A DNA stretch of 63,762 bases, counting the filler, from Octopus bimaculoides (Eukaryota): assembly GCF_001194135.2 (NCBI RefSeq). It is 4 parts of 3 records of this genome, joined end to end, with 100 filler letters (N's around TTAATTAATTAA, not from the genome) between each part and the next. Parts side by side here need not be neighbours in the genome. Positions count along the whole stretch, not along the records: positions 1 to 29,282 come from NC_068985.1; 3 more parts are not named here. One strand, given 5' to 3'. Both the position numbers and the translations under genes were made by a program. Under the pieces are notes generated by a model that was not told the origin of the DNA, did no database searches, and saw nothing but the letters and a program-made list of their open reading frames with translations. Numbering within the stretch: the stretch's first letter is position 1; every line of letters starts with the position of its first letter. Positions 14,806-28,700 of the stretch are shown here, in pieces.

Positions 14806-16094
14806 NNNNNNNNNNNNNNNNNNNNNNNNNNNNNNNNNNNNNNNNNNNNNNNNNNNNNNNNNNNNNNNNNNNNNNNNNNNNNNNNNNNNNNNNNNNNNNN
14901 NNNNNNNNNNNNNNNNNNNNNNNNNNNNNNNNNNNNNNNNNNNNNNNNNNNNNNNNNNNNNNNNNNNNNNNNNNNNNNNNNNNNNNNNNNNNNNNNNNNN
15001 NNNNNNNNNNNNNNNNNNNNNNNNNNNNNNNNNNNNNNNNNNNNNNNNNNNNNNNNNNNNNNNNNNNNNNNNNNNNNNNNNNNNNNNNNNNNNNNNNNNN
15101 ATATATATATATATATATATACATATGTAAGGTTCTATAGGAACGGAGTAGAGTACAATATAAAGCTAGCCTACCTTCAGATTTCACCCAGCGCTAACCA
15201 ATACTAGCATTACACCTACTGCTAGATTTGCCTTGCAGCTTCGGGTAGTGTGTGGTGTGTGAATGGATAATTGATTAACTTGAGGAACATTTATTTGTAA
15301 TCACTACCTCGCATGGAAATACTACGTCTAACAGAAAATAGTGAGCACACACACACAGTTTTGCATTAATCGAATCATAAATAAATAATTAATACATTCT
15401 AAAATATAAAGTATCAAATAATTATTGGTAATTGCATAATTAGTATTTTTCAGATATGTTTTGAGATACAGTGATCTTACAAAAAAGTATCCCTAACAAC
15501 AAATACGTTGTCTCTCCAGGTATATTTCTGTTATTTACTTAAAATAGAACGAATAAAGTGTAAACTGTAAATAAACATTCAAAAATCTTTCCCATTCACT
15601 ATAGACATTTCTTTTTATTCATCATGTTGCCTGTTCAGGAGACTAAACGCAACAGTGAACACATACAAAGGTTTTTGGTTTCGTTTTTTTCTAACTTGAA
15701 ATGTGTAAGAGATTGAATACCTAGTAGGAAAGTTTTATGTAATTAACCAAATTTGTACTCCAGTGTGTAATTATTGTAACGATTTTTTAAAAAAGAATTG
15801 TATTTATAAAAAGTTATCATATTATTGAAAAGATAATGCAGTCAGTTATGAACATAAAGAGTAAAATGAATGACAATATAAGTTTTCTAAATGAGTATTA
15901 GAATAATGACAGTAAACGTGTAGCGAAAATTTAAATTCTACAAATAGACACAAAATGCACACAGTTGTGTGTATGAGTATGTGTGTGCGGCTGCATGCGT
16001 ATGTATGTGTGTTTGCATATATATACCACACCACACACAGGAACACACAAAGAGGGTGCGATGAATATATCGTCGTCTAAATTACGCAAAAAAT

Positions 16095-16660
16095 AAAATA
16101 TATTTACCGAATTTATTTTAAAATATCATGCAACATTAGAATGTAGATCAACCACGATCTCCAGACGACTTCAGAATTTTCTGCAAAACTTCTGGACGGT
16201 CTCCTTGTATATAAGTTGGTGAATGCTGTCATAATCATTGCCTTTACTTCATCTTTGGTGTTACAAGAAATTGTGTTGGTCTTCAGCTGAATTCCGCCCC
16301 ACACATAATAATCAAGGTGGTTGCCGCCTAGGGAGCTAGATGGCAAGATGTTATGGGCTATGCAGTTGCAATTGACTGGGTTTTCCTGCTTGTGTGAAAT
16401 GATGCAGTATCCTGTTGTCAGGCATAGTGTCTTCCAGCAGCCACTATCTCGATCCAGATCACCACCACCTCCGGGCACTTGATGTAGTCCTCCGTGTTGA
16501 GTCTGAGAACTTGTGGGAGAGTGAATAGCAGCATAAGTCGACATCACTAGTTATCACTCCAACCACCATGATTCTTACTGGCTGTTTAATTATTATCACT
16601 CTCGAGTAAATGTCCTCAAATTGGCACACAAACATTTTGAAATGTTCGTATTGGAGCTCC
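16095..16660 (-). mobile_element. Tc1/mariner (maT-like) transposase remnant
   Basis: Fragments KQPVRIMVVGVITSD, LRLNTEDYIKC, QQDTASFHTSRKTQ and NHLDYYVWG...CNTKDEVKAMI across frameshifts. Confidence 0.8.
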
Positions 16661-16814
16661 CGGTGCCAATGCCATGCTGTACAGCATGTCGTTCTCAATG
16701 AATTCCATTACTGGGTCACCACATGTTTGCTTATTCTGTGAAACACTTAACTCTCATTTTTCATATTACTTCAGTACCAACAGGATCAATAAGAAATTAA
16801 CTTTCAGATTCCAG

Positions 16815-17385
16815 GAGGTGGCAGTGTGCAGCCGAATGGCCTGGTGAATTCTGAGAACCTTTAGAACAAGGAGTCAGGAAACTGCTGGTCCTGCGGAGGA
16901 CATTTGTCCCCAGCCATCTGGACTACTGCTCTCAACTGTGATCACCTTACATTGTAGGATTAATAGCAGAACGTGGGGAGGTTCAGCAATACTACACGAG
17001 GAAGATTGCATTGATGGAACAGCTGAGCTACTGGAAGAAACTGAAACAGCTACGGCTCTATTCCCTGGAATGAAGACGGGAGAGGTATGCAGTGATATAT
17101 GTGTGGAAGATACTTGAGGGGCTGGCACCAAACTTTGGAATTGAGACTCATACCTGACCTCGAAATGGACGTCACTGCACTGCTCCAAAAGTCCTAGCTG
17201 TCTCATCTAAGGCGAGGACCATGTAATGTAATAGCTTGAGATTCAAGGGCTCACAGCCATTTAACTCCATGCCAAAACATCTGAGGGAGAATGCATCAAG
17301 GCAGAATACTCAAAAGACGACAGCGGTATCGAAATCCCTCCATCAACAAAAGACAATCTCATAGAACTGGCCAATTAAAAGGTGT
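16815..17385 (+). mobile_element. CR1-clade LINE 3' fragment
   Basis: Translates (with frameshifts and stops) to SHLDYCSQL...LSYWKKLKQLRLYSLE*RRERYAVIYVWKILEGLAPNFG, the same region as 10909-11466. Confidence 0.85.
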
Positions 17386-17730
17386 TGTTTTCCTCACAGA
17401 CGTTGCCCAAAGGACTCTACTATACTGTGCAGTCGACAAAATCAGAAACAAATAATGCACATGCGCGAAATTAAAAAATAAAATTTGCAACAACTCACTC
17501 ATCTTACTCAATATATGGGCGTGTGTTGTGTGTGTGTATATATGTGTGTGTTTATATATATATATATATATATTACTTACTCTTGTGTGATGATGGGAGT
17601 AAAAAATACCTTTTTAAAACTATTTTTGTCGATTGATATTTTATGTTATCTTAGTTTATTTGGACTTTTAGTAGCATGACACGATAGTCGTTTATATTTA
17701 CATTTTTGATAGGTCGTTCTGTATATATAC

Positions 17731-18190
17731 AGGATCTAGTTCAAAACGGGGGCGCCAGTATTTTCTTAACGAAACACTTTGAAACTTGGGGCACTGGTAG
17801 AATGTGTCATATAAAACATCTTTTTCTCTTAGTCTTCTTAAGAAAACTTATTATATTGCAACTTATTTCATGTTAAGTTGTCGTATTTCTGTAATTTCAA
17901 CCAATGACTGACGTCCATTCAGCCGAATACATTAAGTGCTGACTACGTAAACAAACGATTCTCAAACGATTCTGGCGGTGATAAAATTATTATTTTTCGT
18001 CAAAAAATGGCTGAAGCATATTGGCAGTAGCTAGTAAACCTTCCTATTATAGGCACAAGGTCTGGTTTTTGAGGGAAGGGTTAGGGTTAGGATTAGGCTT
18101 AGGGTTAGGGTTAGGGTTAGTGTTAGGGCAAATGTTGTACACATACAGTTCAGGCAGATGTTAACGAAATTATATTAAAAATAAAACGAA
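17731..18190. mobile_element. Partial second copy of the telomere-repeat-bearing fold-back element
   Basis: 17743-17965 aligns with 45615-45834. It is followed by eight TTAGGG-like units at 18081-18128 and ATAAAACGAAG as in the 45.9 kb copy. Confidence 0.8.
18081..18128 (+). repeat. Interstitial telomeric-type repeat (TTAGGG)8 with 3 variant units
   Basis: ttaggg ttagga ttaggc ttaggg ttaggg ttaggg ttagtg ttaggg. Confidence 0.95.
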
Positions 18191-18996
18191 GGAAAACGAA
18201 CACACGTGTGTTGCCTCTCTGCAAAATGTCAGAAGTAATGGAGATTAAATACGCTTTACACCGCTTAAACTGCCAAAGGAACCACTTAAACTGCCAAAGG
18301 ANNNNNNNNNNNNNNNNNNNNNNNNNNNNNNNNNNNNNNNNNNNNNNNNNNNNNNNNNNNNNNNNNNNNNNNNNNNNNNNNNNNNNNNNNNNNNNNNNNN
18401 NNNNNNNNNNNNNNNNNNNNNNNNNNNNNNNNNNNNNNNNNNNNNNNNNNNNNNNNNNNNNNNNNNNNNNNNNNNNNNNNNNNNNNNNNNNNNNNNNNNN
18501 NNNNNNNNNNNNNNNNNNNNNNNNNNNNNNNNNNNNNNNNNNNNNNNNNNNNNNNNNNNNNNNNNNNNNNNNNNNNNNNNNNNNNNNNNNNNNNNNNNNN
18601 NNNNNNNNNNNNNNNNNNNNNNNNNNNNNNNNNNNNNNNNNNNNNNNNNNNNNNNNNNNNNNNNNNNNNNNNNNNNNNNNNNNNNNNNNNNNNNNNNNNN
18701 NNNNNNNNNNNNNNNNNNNNNNNNNNNNNNNNNNNNNNNNNNNNNNNNNNNNNNNNNNNNNNNNNNNNNNNNNNNNNNNNNNNNNNNNNNNNNNNNNNNN
18801 NNNNNNNNNNNNNNNNNNNNNNNNNNNNNNNNNNNNNNNNNNNNNNNNNNNNNNNNNNNNNNNNNNNNNNNNNNNNNNNNNNNNNNNNNNNNNNNNNNNN
18901 NNNNNNNNNNNNNNNNNNNNNNNNNNNNNNNNNNNNNNNNNNNNNNNNNNNNNNNNNNNNNNNNNNNNNNNNNNNNNNNNNNNNNNNNNNNNNNNN

Positions 18997-19032
<36 letters not shown>

Positions 19033-20103
19033 ATGTATTTATGTATGTATGTATATATATGCCAATGAGACATATATTCTAACTAAGGATTTGCAGTTCC
19101 GAATCGATGTTGTTTTTCGCCATCGAAAAACGTCTCTTGCAATTAGACAAATTGCTGTTCACAACACACTGGATTTTGAGACGTAAGGTTATTTTGATAC
19201 AACATTGTATGCACCCTCGTGGATCGACGAATCTAATAAGAAATTTTACTTTGTGTTTATAACATTTTAAACAAATTACTTTCGGTGCGCGCATTGCCTG
19301 CCGACCAAGAATAATCCGATAAGTGGGTTTCAGCACAGTGCATAATAACAATCAAAAGTATGACATACATATTAATTCTTATTACTTTTTGGCAGGTATG
19401 AACGGGAAGGTACTATCACTTTCTTATTCCTGTGATATTAATAATACGTTTTCACGCTTACGTATTCTATTTAAAGCAATACAGCACTGATATTGTAAAA
19501 CTTCATTCTCTATAAATGTTTAGTCTTGTATTTAGTGGATTGTAACATGCTATATGTATACTGAAACAATGAATGCATGTCAAAGAAACTCCTCAGCCAG
19601 AAAAATTGCCTTCTTACGTTTTAGAATCAGATAAATTAATAATGTTGTGTACCTTGTGTAATCACAGTAAAACAGTATCAATACTGAAAGTGCATTTGGT
19701 ACAGCGGATTCGATGAAACACACAAAGTTGTAGAGAATAACAAGATCCAAATATTCAACCTACATACGTTACGACGAGTTTAAGTTATAATTTCTATAGT
19801 TCGAATTCTTCCCAATCCACAGCAATGCCATATATAAACGTCACTTATTTATCTGTAAGATCTATATTTACGCTTGCTACAATACCGTATGCCTTTCTGT
19901 TTATACTTTTTCGCACAGGTTCATTGACACTCGAATGAGTAAATTCAAAAGAATAATCTTGCCACATTGAAAATTATTGCAACCTATAATAGCGCGTCTT
20001 TGTATGATTAATTTAGAAAGAACCATAATATTGTGCGTTTATAATTTGCTTCTATATGTTGAAATATTAACATATTTGAAGTAGCATGAGCTATCATAAT
20101 AAT

Positions 20104-20726
20104 CCTTTCTACTTAAAGCACAAAACCCGAAATTTGGTGGAGATGATGAGTTGATTACATCAACACCAGTGTTAAACGGGTATTTATTTCATTGACTCCG
20201 AAAGGATGACAGCCAAAGTCGACCTCGGCGGAATTTGAACTCAGAACGTAACGACAGGCGAAATACCGCTAACNNNNNNNNNNNNNNNNNNNNNNNNNNN
20301 NNNNNNNNNNNNNNNNNNNNNNNNNNNNNNNNNNNNNNNNNNNNNNNNNNNNNNNNNNNNNNNNNNNNNNNNNNNNNNNNNNNNNNNNNNNNNNNNNNNN
20401 NNNNNNNNNNNNNNNNNNNNNNNNNNNNNNNNNNNNNNNNNNNNNNNNNNNNNNNNNNNNNNAACTCAGAATATGAGGACAGGCGAAATACCTATTTCTT
20501 TACTGCCCACAAGGGGCTACACACAGAGGGGACAAACAAGGACAGACAAACGGATTAAGTCGATTATATCGACCCCAGTGCGTAACTGGTACTTAATTTA
20601 TCGACCCCGAAAGGATGAAAGGCAAAGTCGACCTCGGCGGAATTTGAACTCAGAACGTAACGACAGGCGAAATACCGCTAACCATTTCACCAGGCATGCT
20701 AACAATTTCGCCAGCCCGCTGCCTTT
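20104..20726 (-). mobile_element. SINE family B, tandem copies around an assembly gap
   Basis: Reverse complement of GTTCTGAGTTCAAATTCCGCCGAGGTCGACTTTGCCTTTCATCCTTTCGGGGTCGATAAATTAAGTACCAG, with B-box GAGTTCAAATTCC. Confidence 0.85.
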
Positions 20727-20749
20727 GAAGTGTAATTATAACAACAAAT

Positions 20750-20940
20750 GTCAGGGCAGCGACCCGACAGAATCGTTAGCACGCCCGCCGAAATATTTAC
20801 CGGTATTTAGTCTGCCGCTACTTTCTGAGTTCAAATTCTGCAGAGGTCGACTTTGCTTTATATCATCCAGGGGTCGATTAAATAAGTATCAATCATGCAC
20901 TTGTGTCGATTTAATCGACTTAATCTCTTTCGGCAAACAT
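20750..20940 (+). mobile_element. SINE family B
   Basis: TTCTGAGTTCAAATTCTGCAGAGGTCGACTTTGCTTTATATCATCCAGGGGTCGAT; opposite orientation to the adjacent copy. Confidence 0.8.
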
Positions 20941-21844
20941 TTGATATCATTATAATAAAAAATGTTATTGAACTCTTAACTGTTATTACAAAACATTCCA
21001 CTTTCACAGGATTATTCTATAATTGATTAATGTCTAGGATTTTTTTTTTCTATAACGAAATATTGTTATAACTTTCAACCTATTTCCTTTTGTCAATCTT
21101 TTTCATAAATTGGAATGTATGTATAGAATAGAAATGCCAAGAAACGAAACCTACCGTAGCAAAGGAATTTTTAAACGTGCAATAAAATTTGAAGTAAACC
21201 TTAAAATATCCTAGAATAGCAGGCATTTCTATGACAATACATGTTCGAGCTGTGACATAAAATATGACTTGAAGAGTTTATATGTTCTCGACAGATTACA
21301 CACATAAAATGGAAACGATCAAGAGGTAGAAGCTTTTCACTGCAGGCAATCGTCTACAATATTAAAACCTTGCAAATGCGCAAATTATACTTTTGTTTCA
21401 ATTCTGTATTATCTTCATAAAAAGAAGTAGTTCAATTTGGTTAAGTTTAGTTTTACTTATGTACAATCATATGAAACATTATTCAAGAATTTCAGTCCAG
21501 AATTTCAGTTCTGTATACATCTCAGTAACCAGATCGAAGTTCGCAAGATAGCAAGTTTGACTCTGTTTAAGAAATATTAAATGTTTAAGTGAAGTTAACA
21601 GTCTTTATGTGATTTTGAATGGCTAAAATTGGTTTTGCTCTCTACAATCATTTTAATTTCGACATAAAGTCTCTTAGATCAAATGATCGGCCTGGAAAGT
21701 ACACCTTCGAAATGTTTTATGAATCTTCGTTTGAAACACCGCGTATTTGTTTACAAGCTGTAGAAATGTGAAATGCTCATGTATATTCTTAAAACATCTT
21801 GTCAAAAAACACGCATGGTGTTATTACGAGAATATTTATTTTGC

Positions 21845-21908
<64 letters not shown>

Positions 21909-22547
21909 GTACATAGCTAAAAACGTGTTGATGAAATTTCCAATAAAATGTGAAGATCTGTTCGATATGTTCAAGATAAATATTTTGATTACATCTTCGT
22001 ACTAAAATATCTAATAGACTATTTAAATGAATGAACTTAGCTTATTTTCGATAGACTGCCACATATAATGCAACTATCGATTCTCAAAGTGTATTTAATT
22101 TGACCTCCCATTAAAAAAAAAATAGAGAGAAAAGCCGTAACACTCAAGTACAGTAAAGTTGATATAGCTTTATTGTTAAAACAATATTGTCATTGGAGTG
22201 GACAGCGATTATTATCGATTATTTCAATGTATGAATAGACCGTATTACCTTCTCTAAGTGATTATAGAACATTATTAATACATTTACTGATCCGTTTCAA
22301 TAGGTTGTGACAAGTGTCTGAACCTCGAAGCACTGCATTATAAAAATGCACTTAATATAAGTAGTACAAAAAAAATTGAGACTCCCAGAACGTAAAAGCA
22401 AATTATTCTGATTTGTTTACTTGTAAATTGTTTCCATTTCTTCACAGCGTACTTTAAGGATATCCTAAGTAAAGGATCTGTCATCATTAAACTGATTTTC
22501 ATTTAGAGAATTGGTAATATATTTAATGATTTAATATAGAATCCAGA

Positions 22548-22745
22548 CTAAGGTGGCAGGCTGGCTGAATCCTTAGTTCGCAGTGGAAGATGATTGGCGG
22601 TATTTCGTTCAAATGTCGCCTGGGTCGAATTTGCCTTTCATCCTTCCGACGGTCGATAAAATAAGTACCAGTTGAGGACTGGGTTCGAATTAATCGACTC
22701 ATCCCGTCCAAGAAAATTGCTGGCCATCTGCCAAGATTTGAGATC
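22548..22745 (+). mobile_element. SINE family B, diverged
   Basis: TCGAATTTGCCTTTCATCCTTCCGACGGTCGATAAAATAAGTACCAG core. Confidence 0.75.
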
Positions 22746-22907
22746 AATATAAATTCTAGACTATTTGAACTCACACCTGGATATGGAAGGGGACAAGGGT
22801 AAAGTACTTGACAAATATTGAGAGGGTGTTGTATTGATGCTTATTACCCTACTACATGTAAATTTAGTTCAATGTGTTCCCCAAAAAATGTATATTTGGA
22901 TGGATAA

Positions 22908-22980
<73 letters not shown>

Positions 22981-23045
22981 TAGAGAGAGATTGACACAGA
23001 AAGATAGAATTAAAGATAGATACATGAATGGAACGTTTATATGTA

Positions 23046-23790
23046 CGAGGGTCGCATAAAACGTTCATAGGCTTTGCAAGAAGCTCACATGCAATGTCAC
23101 CAAATGGGACTTACTTTAAGCATAATGCTCCTTGCAGTCCACATAGTTCTTCCATTGGCGTCGCGGTGCTTGGTTCTCATTCTTGAAGAAGCTTTCATTC
23201 TGTTGAGAATAAGTCGAAGTTATGACGTCAACATCACTGTGGTACTGGTATCCAGTCAAGTGTTGTGTCATGTTGGGGAACAGATGATAGTCAAAGGAGG
23301 AAAATTAGGACAATAGGCAGGGCGATCAAACAGTTTAAAGGTACAGTGACGCAGATCAGCTATTGAGACCAAGGACTTGTATGCGGGGCCATTGTCCTTA
23401 TGAAACAAGACCCTTCGTCTTACTAGCCGTTTGGTCCCGATAGCAAACTGCAACTGTCTCAGAAATTTCGTATGATACTCTTCATTGAGTGTGTAGCCCT
23501 TTTAGAAATGGTCAATAGATACAGCACCACTTGCGGCACCATAAACTAAGGCCATCAATATCACCGCTGATAAAACCAGCTAGGCCTTCTTTGGAGCAGG
23601 TGAGGGAAGGTATTTTTAAATCATCCACTATCACTTTGTCTCTGGCTCAAAGACATGAGCACAAGACACATCTTGGCCTAGTAAACGTTTAAAAAAACCC
23701 AGCTGCATCAACTTCTAATAGTGTCAGGTTTCCAAATCAGTAACGTGCTGAACTATTTTGGTAAATAGTAGGAAAGAGATAAAAAATCTT
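23046..23790 (-). mobile_element. Mariner transposon remnant
   Basis: Begins TA-CGAGGG (mariner-type end). ORF 23268-23453 has LFHKDNGPAYKS...FDRPAYCPNFPP, a decayed HQDNAPAH...HPPYSPDLAP motif. Confidence 0.8.
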
Positions 23791-23918
23791 CTTATATCTA
23801 ACATGCGCAGTTAATACCGGAAATTCTCCACGGGAGATCGCTGTATATATAGATGTAAATATACATACGTACGTACATACATAATATGTTCATATATATA
23901 AATACATGTATGTATATG

Positions 23919-23977
<59 letters not shown>

Positions 23978-24724
23978 GTGTGTATGTGTGTGCAAATTTA
24001 TGTTTGTATATGTATAAAATCATTTATACACACACACCCACATATATATGCATGTGTGTGTTATATTTTAATATATTACAGTACATAGAATATGCATACA
24101 AATACACGCACGGAAACTCGTATGTGTGCATAAGCGCATGCGTGTGTATTCTACATGCATATGCGTATATTCGATACTGTTGTGTTAGCATGTTTTAATA
24201 CTTATTGGAGTTGTCGGTGTGAATATATACGAGGGTATAAAGGATTATGGATGCAAACGTTTATAGTTCAGTTTCATGTATGCATACAGAAAGGATTTTA
24301 GAGATGAAATGAAGATACTGCCAAATGCCTCGAAATATTTCATGCACAATTTGAAATAAAATATCAAAAGCTCGTTCCGTTTTAAGTTTGCAAACAATTG
24401 CTGGAACAAAGGCTGCATAAATCTGTATATCCCAAAAGGAAATTTTATCTAAGAATTGGTCTGATATATATATATATATATATATAAAGTAACATATTTT
24501 TCTCATACATCCAATCACCAGTATACATGTTTACAATCTAACGCTTTCCTGAGACATTCTTAAACAATCTCAACATCGATCTACTTTTTCCAGTGCGTAG
24601 ATTACATTGTTCATAAAATATATTTTCGAGTTGATTTCTGACATTTGAATTCTATTATTGTTCATTGGGTTTATCTAAATATGGGTTTCATTATTTTGCA
24701 CAAGGTTGATGACTACGAAAGTGT

Positions 24725-24880
24725 TCTGAGTAGATTGCATGAGCCCCAGTGCTCAGCAAGATTTTATTTTTTCCGATCTCGAAAATATGTAAGGCGAAAT
24801 CGATCGCAGTGGAATTTGAAAGACGGAAAAAATGCCGCAAAGCATTTTGTCCGCAGTGTAACTATTCAACGAACCCAACG
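24725..24880 (-). mobile_element. SINE family B, diverged
   Basis: GCGAAATCGATCGCAGTGGAATTTGAA...AAATGCCGCAAAGCATTTTGTCCG matches the reverse complement of family B. Confidence 0.6.
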
Positions 24881-24891
24881 ACACAGACAAT

Positions 24892-24999
<108 letters not shown>

Positions 25000-25720
25000 C
25001 CATTGATACTACAGAGTATCTCAACAGGCATGATAGTGCTCCACAATATATTCACTGGGTAATTCGCAGAAACCTGGACCCGCCCCATGAAAAAAAAAAA
25101 CTGGTGGGAACACAATCCACCTCTAGTTCTTGAAACTGATAACATCTCACTCCTATGGAACTTTATTATTGAAACTGACAGAAAGATAGATGCAAATAAG
25201 CCAGACATTATATTCAAAAACTTCAGACAAAAATCATTCCTCCTCATTAATATCACTGCCCCAATCGATATGAATATATTTGTCAAGACCAATCAAAAAC
25301 TGAGAAAGTATAGAAATCTTGAAATGGAAGTTAGCAAAATGTGTAACTTCAAAACTAAAACAATACCTGTCGTCATAGGTACCCTAGGAATGATAGCAAA
25401 AGAGGCTGATTGCTACCTAGCTCAGATACCAAGAGACCACAAAATGGCAGAAATTCAAAACATAGTGCTCATGGGAACTGCCCATATCCTACATAAAATA
25501 CTGTCTCTGCAATCTCAAATTTTAAAAGAAACTCATTAGTTGCTTATGTTTTCTTAAACATTCTCTAGAACACTACTATGTACAACACCAAATATATGAC
25601 ACCCTAGACGTAATATCGACATGAACTTCTAACTTGTAGTCTCTTGAGGTCTCTGGGTGAGAGTTGGAGCCAACTTGTACAAATACAAAGTAAAACTCAA
25701 ACATAATAATGATAATAATA
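25000..25720 (+). mobile_element. 5'-truncated RLE LINE inserted in an (AAT)n array
   Basis: EYLNRHD motif at the 5' end; ORF 25087-25539 has KPDII...INITAP...KLRKY (PD-D/ExK-type) and IPVVIGTLG...LMGTAHIL. The 3' UTR is shared with 34050-34320. (AAT)n lies on both sides. Confidence 0.9.
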
Positions 25721-28700
25721 CCAACAGCAGCAATAATTTTACTTTTACTATGTCACATTACATTGTAAATGAACAATTTGTAGTGTGTTTATTTTAATGG
25801 CCTACCGATGTAGACAATTTCTCTACACTAGGTTTCGAGAAGACAGCTGGCAAGGAGAGGAAATATAATTGAAAAACGATGATAATGATAATAATAATAA
25901 TTGTATTGTGATGCAGTACAAGGCACTGCTTCCCAATACTTCTGATCTTTAGTGAATGGAAGTATTAATTTGTACATGCTTTGCCTTGTTACAAAAGATG
26001 GGCTCCAAAAAATTATTCTACTCAATTCCGCAGATATATTTGTCATTTCCTTGACCTTAACAAGTTGACTATGTCCATTAGTGGCTGACGATATGTGCAT
26101 ATCTGGTCATGAGAAAAAGTAGTTGGGGAGCATCATAGCCATTTATTGAGACGGATTCTTCGGGGTTTGAATAGTTCACCTGTAAAGATGGGCGTTTCCT
26201 TCAACATCACTACACAAATCTAGACAGACAATTACAGTCATAACTAAAACATAATATGTACCATTCTACAAGAAGGTGTTTGGTCAAACCAAAATATATA
26301 AGCAGGAATACAGATCTTGCAAGAGAACTGCTACATTATGTGTCATATCATTTCATTTCAATATTATTATTATTATTATGAATTACACTACATATCAAAA
26401 ATTACGAATTACTACCTGAAATCCACTTCCTAATTTAGTTATCTGATATTGACGAGATTTAAACGAGACCGAAGATTTAAGGAAAACATTCTCTTTTTCA
26501 TGTTTATTCGCAGTTTAAAAAAAAGTTATTGTTGCAATTCGTTCTATTTTATTACTCTTTAACGTATAATAACATCTCTTCAATATGTTGTACTGCTTTT
26601 TGTGATTCTTTATTCTCTGTTTAATATACACGCAGATTTCTTCCAGCATATTTAAGCTTTTAAAAACGGATAAAAATCAATATAATATCACACTTCTTGC
26701 CATTCAATTATCATATTACCTGACAAGCATTCAATTTTCACCTATTAAAATTCCATGCATACATAAATGATACATGTCTATACATGCATACATACATATA
26801 TACATACATTCATATANNNNNNNNNNNNNNNNNNNNNNNNNNNNNNNNNNNNNNNNNNNNNNNNNNNNNNNNNNNNNNNNNNNNNNNNNNNNNNNNNNNN
26901 NNNNNNNNNNNNNNNNNNNNNNNNNNNNNNNNNNNNNNNNNNNNNNNNNNNNNNNNNNNNNNNNNNNNNNNNNNNNNNNNNNNNNNNNNNNNNNNNNNNN
27001 NNNNNNNNNNNNNNNNNNNNNNNNNNNNNNNNNNNNNNNNNNNNNNNNNNNNNNNNNNNNNNNNNNNNNNNNNNNNNNNNNNNNNNNNNNNNNNNNNNNN
27101 NNNNNNNNNNNNNNNNNNNNNNNNNNNNNNNNNNNNNNNNNNNNNNNNNNNNNNNNNNNNNNNNNNNNNNNNNNNNNNNNNNNNNNNNNNNNNNNNNNNN
27201 NNNNNNNNNNNNNNNNNNNNNNNNNNNNNNNNNNNNNNNNNNNNNNNNNNNNNNNNNNNATATATATATATATATATATATACATGTGTGTGTCTGTGTG
27301 AACGTGTGCGTGTGCATCTGCGCGTGCCTGTGTGTGTATATATGAATATGCATTTATATATATGTGTATTGCGGAGTACACACCAAACCAATAATCGAAA
27401 ATTTAAATGCAAGTAATGCGCATGATTCTAATTTATATAACACTCTTCTTTGTCGGAATTTCATAACGTAAGTGCTACACAATAATTTACGACCGTTTTT
27501 ACCATGACCGTAGACATCAAAACTTAATGCAGCGATGAATGGCGAAAACAAGTTAAAGGGGAGAAATTAATTCACCGCTTAAGTTGACCACATAAAGAAA
27601 GGTTCGCAGAGATGTAGATAAGAGGAAGTAAACGTGAGGAAAGCGAATCAATCTCAGTAAATCACTATATTAGTAAATAAATTCGAAATCAATGAGTTAG
27701 TAAAACAGTGAATAAGGAGAAAATGAAAAACAATAGGAAAACGGAAGGTAAGAGAAAAGATGACAAAAGGCGAAAATGCGAAAGGGACGAAGACGAAGAA
27801 TGAAAAGAAAAAGAGGATGGAGGGAGAGAATATGATTAAGGAACAGAGGAGAAAATGAAAAGATACAGACAGAAGAGAATTTTGGGCGTCTCGTATAGGG
27901 CTTAACGAAAATTCTCATAAAGATTTATAAACAAGAAATGGGGGGAAATATATACACTGTTAAAATGCAAGAAATTAAATAGCTCAACTGATGTTGATTG
28001 CAGCATGTTTGACCACACATCTGGTACCACTATTATACTAATAAAACTAATGAAGTAAAGACCAAATACTCACACATACGGCATATGTATGTGCATATAC
28101 ATATGGCATATGTATGTGCATATACATACATATACACAAAAATAGATGCCCACAAAAATACACACACTCATGTGTGTGAAGGTGTGTGTGTGTGAATGTG
28201 TGTGTGTGTGTATGTGTGGGTGTGTGTGGGAGTGGGTGTAAAATCATGTAAAAGCATTAATGAGAGTGTAACATGGTAGGTGAAATGCTAATGTAAATTA
28301 GAAAATAGAGAACTGATTAGTTTAATTGAAAAACGATAGAAAACGACGAAATGAAGTAGAATATGATCATAGATATATATATATATATATATAAATTCGA
28401 TTGAGATTATATATTATTACGCGACTCATTTTCCCTAACAATCTACATTGTTTCTTTTGTTAATGCGGAGTAACCCAACCAAGACATAAAACTGAAGTAT
28501 TTAACTGGACTGTAACTCGAGTTAAATATACTGCATCCATGCACACAATTGTATATATACATGCTTCTATATATATATAAACATAAGTATGTATGTATGT
28601 GTATATGTGTACGTGTGCATTTGTGTGTATGTATGTGTGTGTGTTTGTGTGTGCTTTCTGTGTGTATGCATATAAACAGTCATACGTCAATGCCAATTTA

